A DNA stretch of 64,000 bases from Eledone cirrhosa. Taxonomy: Eukaryota. The translations under genes and the position numbers were made by a program. Positions 57,713 to 64,000 of the stretch are shown here, piece after piece. Numbering within the stretch: position 1 is the stretch's first letter; every line of letters starts with the position of its first letter. Location: assembly GCA_964016885.1 (NCBI GenBank), contig OZ024759.1, positions 17,732,001 to 17,796,000 on the forward strand, written 5' to 3'. The notes below the pieces were generated by a model that was given only the letters and a program-made list of their open reading frames with translations, was not told where the DNA came from and did not search any database.

Positions 57713-58286
57713 TCCCAGTACAACCTGTCTCATGGTCGGGTCGTTGGCGACTAAACTGGCAACCCCACCAAGGTTTCTTGGTGAGAAGGGTGACTTTGGA
57801 CATCCTGCAGGACTAAAAACCAAAACCTGTCAAAGGGCAAAGGAGCTCTTAAGAGTCAATGGCCATCCAAAATTACTGGGAGAGATGACCCCTTAGCCTT
57901 TGTCAAGGCAGAATTCTAGGAGAAGGAAAACTCTGATATAACACCTGCAACTCTGATGGTATCCAATGATGTTGACTTGTTCTTCTTTTGGTAAATATCA
58001 TCTTGGTTAAGAGAGTGGGACTGGCTTTGTGCAGTGCCTTTGCTCACTATAAAAGCTTCACACCACAGGCATTGCTTTATATCTGGAGATCTCTCTGCAC
58101 TTGTCGTCACATGGTACCATGGGCCCAGCACTATGTGTCAATAATTGTCACAAGTGTAGTGTTTGTACCAGAGTTTACAAGTCGCTGGCTGGACTAAAAA
58201 GTCACACTCGTTCAGCGCATTGGTAGGAGTTCTCCTACATGGATATAAAGTAGTGGCCGTACTCGAAAACGAGTTGGCAGCCACCA
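57713..58286 (+). mobile_element. Bipartite (internally deleted) RTE derivative
   Basis: 5'UTR-like CTAGGAGAAGGAAAACTCTGA joined to ORF end HKCSVCTRVYKSLAGLKSHTRSAHW* and a CTCGAAAACGAG hairpin tail, inserted in (TA)n. Confidence 0.65.
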
Positions 58287-58440
58287 TATACATACATATA
58301 TGTATACATATATATATATATATATATATATGATCGTTAAATAATGAACTTTTTTTGTTTAATATAAGGAACTGTTTCATTGTTTTATTCATTATTTTTT
58401 TAATATTTTATATATATATATATATATTTATGTATGTATA

Positions 58441-58471
<31 letters not shown>

Positions 58472-58474
58472 TTA

Positions 58475-58514
<40 letters not shown>

Positions 58515-58609
58515 CGGAAAAAATGAAACAAATTTCATTTCTCACTCTTAGTACGGCTGTTTGTATACATACTTGTATATGTATGTATGTATGTATGTAT
58601 ATATCTGTA

Positions 58610-58776
<167 letters not shown>

Positions 58777-59318
58777 CACAACATTATGATACACATACTC
58801 TCATATGCTATGTTTCTCCCACACAATACTGCATTATATAGAAAAGTTCTGTAAAGAATACTGTAAAAATTGTTGCATGAAAACAACAGATATTGAAAAC
58901 AACAGAATTGTTTCTAAATTCTTTCTTATCAAAAACACATTCAACTGACACTTAATAAATAATTCCCCATGTCAAATTACTAACATTATACAAATATATC
59001 CACAAATCCACACACACACACATGTATATACTTAGATAGGTAGATATGTGTGTGTAAATATTTATGTTTGTGTATATGTATATATATATATGTGAATATT
59101 TATGTTTGTGTGTGTATATGTATATATATATATGTGAATATTTATGTTTGTGTGTGTGTATGTATATATATATATATGACAAGTAAATATGATTTGAAAC
59201 AGTGAGCAAGTTTGAAATTAGAAATAGAATAGCTTTCACTGTATTTTTGACTAAAGAAATTTTAGCCTGATAATGGGGTTTAGAACACTCAGATAAATGG
59301 AAAAGGATGAGTATTGAC

Positions 59319-59361
<43 letters not shown>

Positions 59362-59479
59362 TATGTAATAATAATAATAATAAACAAGTAAGATCGATTT
59401 GTTAGTCCATCCCTGTTTATTTTATGTTTTTCAAAGATATATGGCTTTTGCAATATATATATATATATATACATATATG

Positions 59480-59511
<32 letters not shown>

Positions 59512-59715
59512 GTTAGATAGGTAGATTTATGTATGTGTGAATATTTATGTATGTATAAATATATATATATATATATATGTTAATATTTACGTTTGTGTAT
59601 GTATATATATATATATATAAATATATATACATATATGTGAATATTTATGTTTGAGTGTGTGTGTATATATATATAATAAACAAGTAAGACGGATACTTTA
59701 GTGCATCCCTATTTA

Positions 59716-59786
59716 TTTTATTATACATATTTCGAAGATGTATGGCTTTTGTATAACATCATTCAACATGTTCTCTTCAGATAAAA
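59716..59786 (-). ncRNA. Type-I hammerhead ribozyme-like motif
   Basis: TTTTAT-CTGAAGA-GAAcATG...CATcTTC-GAAAT-ATGT-ATA-ATAAAA; 6-bp stem I, AATAAA downstream; partial related copy at ~59378-59452. Confidence 0.68.
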
Positions 59787-61367
59787 TCCACCGGAGATGT
59801 AAATATCAGTTGATATGCAAGCGGTCACTCGAGTTATTTATTTTGGCGACTGGAAAGACTTCACACAATATATATTATATGTGTGGGAGATATATCTTAC
59901 AGTTGGCGTTGCTGTTTTTGAACTGGCTAGGTCAATTACTTCAAAGGAAAACATGTATAGACTGTTAGTCTATTTTCTCCTTTTATGCTAGATTTAATTC
60001 ACTGAGATACTATTTCAAATTTTAGATATCTATTCATAGATGCTGAAGTTATAATGTAACTATATATTAAAGAAATTTTGAATTATTTATTTCGTAGCCT
60101 ATTTAACTTTATTAACGTTTTAATTAAATACTCTTAATTAAATCTGCTGATTTTGTGCTAAAAGAACTAAAAATTTCTGAGCGTTTATTTATAATTTTAT
60201 GTCTATTGTTTATGATATGAAGAATTTCTGTGGGACAGAGGTCACACCCTTTAGATATAGATGAATTTGTGTATGGAAAAGCGTGTGAGAGTTTTTGCCA
60301 AGAAAGGAGTATTCAACATTTTTGTTTTTAAGCGACCAAATCACTTCTGACTCCTTTAAATGAGTGATGATGGTTGCACCACCTTTCCTTAAATCTAGTT
60401 GAAGTTGCACTAATATAACTATAAGACTTACTACTTGTTTTTACTTTGATTTCATAAACTATATTTTTATCTAGACAGTTATTATTCAATGGGCAAAAAT
60501 TACGATTTTTACAGTTGCAGTTTTTTCCTTTACCATTTGAAGTTCCCTCCTATGTGTCCAAAGGTTTATCTCATCTATGTTAATGATGTTGCCCCTCTTA
60601 TACGAGTTGTTGTTTATTCTATCAGTGTTTCTCTGTTTGTTATTGTGAGTTTATCTCTAGCCGAGCAGGCTGGAGCAACATGAAATAAAGTGTCTTGTTC
60701 AAGGAGAAAATGAACTGCCCAGTCGAAAATTGAACACATGAGTCCAGCACCCTAACAACTAAACCACAAACTAGATCTATTAAAGACATCCATTCCTATG
60801 TCAATGGTTTCTCCCTCTAGAATACTTTAAGAAAAACAAGCAAAAACAACAACAAAAAAAACCAACAAAAACAACAATAAAGTGTTATTATCCTTAAAAA
60901 AAAATCCCACCCAACGTGTTCTTCAATTATATTTTGGTTCTCTTCTTAGTGATTATATTAGCTTTGAAGAACTTCGTTTATTCTTTTTCACATTGCCTGA
61001 CATTTTTTAAAGGCTTCATTATAGAAATGGACAGTAGTATAATGGAGTGTTCATCAGCTAACAAATGTACTTGTTATCCTTTCACTTACATCACCAGTTA
61101 ATTTCTTTAAGATGTTTATTGATTGATTATGGCAGGGGTGGATGTTGTGGTCAAATGGCTAAGAGGTTGGCTTCGTAATCATTAGGTCCCTGGTTCAATC
61201 TCATACATTGACTTCTTGGTTTTGTGTCATTTGTCATGGCTTTTGAGTGAGTGAAATTTGATAGACTAGAATTTTCTTTCAGCATTCTGATGTATACGTG
61301 TGTATATGTAGGTTGTACATACAAGTGTAGTGAATGTTAGATGTTAGATGCTGTTTTCTGTAGCTTG

Positions 61368-61580
61368 TCATCACCCCGTCCTTCCTCAGTCATCTCTAGT
61401 GCGTGACGTCATCACCCTTCCTTCCTCAGTCATCTCTAGTGCGTGACGTCATCACCCCTTCCTTCCTCAGTCATCTCTAGTGCATGACGTCATCACCCCT
61501 TCCTTCCTCAGTCATCTCTAGTGCGTAACGTCATCACCCCTTCCTTCCTCAATCATCTTTAGTGTGTGGGCCATCACCTT
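61368..61580. repeat. 41-bp tandem repeat, ~5 copies
   Basis: Unit GTCATCACCCCTTCCTTCCTCAGTCATCTCTAGTGCGTGAC. Confidence 0.92.
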
Positions 61581-61789
61581 TTTCGTTCACCAATCATATA
61601 TATATACATATAATGCACACACACACACTTTTGGATGGCAAGTGTGTTACTTCTCATTATATTGAGAAGAAACAGTTCATCTAGCCTCACATAACCAGAA
61701 GCTGTCAAAGCTGTACATGTAATTATTCAAACAGTTTAGCATAGTCACCTTTTTTCTCCTAAGAGGAGCTAACTACCTGTAAAGGACTT

Positions 61790-62334
61790 CTCTATCTCTC
61801 TTATTCTCTCTCTCTCACTCTCTCACTATTATTCTCTCTCACTCTCTCACTATTATTCTCTCTCACTCTCTCACTATTATTCTCTCTCACTCTCTCACTA
61901 TTATTCTCTCTCACTCTCTCACTATTATTCTCTCTCACTCTCTCTCTCTATTATTCTCTCTCACTCTCTCTCTCTATTATTCTCTCTCACTCTCTCTCTC
62001 ATTCTCTCTCTCTTATTCTCTCTCATTCTCTCTCTCTTATTCTCTCTCATTCTCTCTCTCTCTCATTCTCTCTCTCTCTCATTCTCTCTCATTCTCTCTC
62101 TCTCTCATTCTCTCTCTCTCTCTCATTCTCTCTCTCTCTTTCTCTCTCTCTCTTTCTCTCTTATTCTCTCTCTCTCTCATTCTCTCTCTCTCTCATTCTC
62201 TCTCTCTCTCATTCTCTCTTATTCTCTCTCATTCTCTCTCATTCTCTCTCTCTCTTATTCTCTCTCTCTCTTATTCTCTCTCATTCTCTCTCATTCTCTC
62301 TCATTCTCTCTCATTCTCTCTCATTCTCTCTCAT

Positions 62335-62367
<33 letters not shown>

Positions 62368-62661
62368 TATTCTCTCTCATTCTCTCTCTCTCTCTCTTAT
62401 TCTCTCTCATTCTCTCTCTCTCTTATTCTCTCTCATTCTCTCTCTCTCATATTCTCTCTCATTCTCTCTCTCCCTTATTCTCTCTCATTCTCTCTCTCTC
62501 TTATTCTCTCTCTCTCTTATTCTCTCTCTTATTCTCTCTCATTCTCTCTCTCTCTTATTCTCTCTCATTCTCTCTCTCTCTTATTCTCTCTCATTCTCTC
62601 TCTCCCTTATTCTCTCTCATTCTCTCTCTCTCCCTTATTCTCTCTCATTCTCTCTCTCTCT

Positions 62662-62696
<35 letters not shown>

Positions 62697-62990
62697 ACTC
62701 ACTCACTCACTCACTCACTCACTCACTCACTCACTCACTCACTCACTCACTCACTCACTCACTCACTCACTCACTCACTCACTCACTCACTCACTCACTC
62801 ACTCACTCACTCACTCACTCACTCACTCACTCTCTCACTTACTCTGTCATATTCTCTCTTTCACACTCTCTCTCACTTTCTCTCTCTTTCACACTCTCTC
62901 TCACTTCCTCTCTCTCTTTCACACTCTCTTCTCACACATTCTTACTATGCCTCTCTCTCACACACTCTTATTATGTCTCTCTCTCACACA
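61790..62990. repeat. CT-rich compound microsatellite including (CTCA)n
   Basis: Directly visible. Confidence 0.95.
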
Positions 62991-63133
62991 CACATACACC
63001 AACATGGTTAAAGGGTTGTATACGTTTGTCTGCTCATATAAACATACATATTTAACTTTTTCGATACCAACCTGGTCAAAAATTGGTTCTGGTTCTATGA
63101 AACATAACTAATTTTAATGGCCATTCATATTTA

Positions 63134-64000
63134 AGAGGAGATGACCAGGACACAACCAAACCCTGCTGTGTGACGGTGGAGCAGAGGAGATGACCAGGAC
63201 AAAACTAAACCCTGCTGTGTGGTAGTGGAGCAGAGGAGATGACCAGGACAAAACTAAACCCTACTGTGTGGCAGTGGAGCAGAGGAGATGACTAGGACAA
63301 AACTAAACCCTGCTGTGTGGCAGTGGAGCAGAGGAGATGACCAGGACAAAACTAAACCCTGCTGTGTGGTAGTGGAGCAGAGGAGATGGCTAGGACAAAA
63401 CCAACTCTGCTGTGTGGTAGTGGAGCAGAGGAGATGACCAGGACAAAACTAAACCCTGCTGTGTAGCAGTGGAGCAGAGGAGATGACCAGGACTAAACTA
63501 AACCCTGCTGTGTGGCAGTGGAGCAGAGGAGATGACCAGGACAAAACTAAACCCTGCTGTGTGGTAGTGGAGCAGAGGAGATGACCAGGACAAAACTAAA
63601 CCCTGCTGTGTGGTAGTGGAGCAGAGGAGATGACCAGGACAAAACTAAACCCTGCTGTGTGGTAGTGGAGCAGAGGAGATGGCTAAGACTAAACTAAACC
63701 CTGCTGTGTGGTAGTAGAGCAGAGGAGATGGCTAGGACTAAACTAAACCCTGCTGTGTGGTAGTGGAGCAGAGGAGATGACCAGGACTAAACTAAACCCT
63801 GCTGTGTGGTAGTGGAGCAGAGGAGATGACCAGGACTAAACTAAACCCTGCTGTGTGGTAGTGGAGCAGAGGAGATGACCAGGACAAAACTAAACACTGC
63901 TGTGTGGTAGTGGAGCAGAGGAGATGACCAGGACAAAACTAAACCCTGCTGTGTGGTAGTGGAGCAGAGGAGATGACCAGGACAAAACTAAACCCTGCTG
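63134..64000. repeat. 49-bp tandem repeat, >17 copies, runs off window
   Basis: Unit AGAGGAGATGACCAGGACAAAACTAAACCCTGCTGTGTGGTAGTGGAGC. Confidence 0.96.

Noticed and set aside
60253-60332. Peptide DEFVYGKACESFCQERS resembling a DSL/EGF fragment
   Set aside because: Short, ends in a stop, and has no convincing splice sites

Overview
AT-rich, repeat-dense animal genomic DNA. The (TA)n/(TATG)n expanses and SINE content suggest a cephalopod (Octopus-like), which is an inference. No host gene is supported, and nearly all long ORFs in the track are microsatellite artefacts. About 12.7 kb (7077-19784) is repeated at ~21673-34450 across a 200-N gap. This is probably two uncollapsed haplotypes, and the copies differ by a full-length SINE insertion. 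The rest is a patchwork of tRNA/CORE SINEs with RTE-derived tails, a second tandem-clustering SINE family, LINE remnants (RTE, CR1/L2, L1/Tx1, R4/Dong), mariner and Tigger relics, TTAA-flanked piggyBac-type MITEs and several minisatellites. The most notable signal is a set of at least six unrelated sequence families of type-I hammerhead-ribozyme-like motifs (CUGANGA...GAAA, mostly with a palindromic stem III and a downstream AATAAA). They sit in short islands inside (TA)n arrays, often as inverted pairs or fold-back palindromes. Two families have unusually long (~80-95 nt) stem-II insertions. They are best explained as Penelope-like-element/retrozyme terminal repeats, although no Penelope ORF is in the window. 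A bipartite RTE derivative with an HDV-like ribozyme-shaped 5' end is also present. All calls are by eye; no alignments or folding were run.
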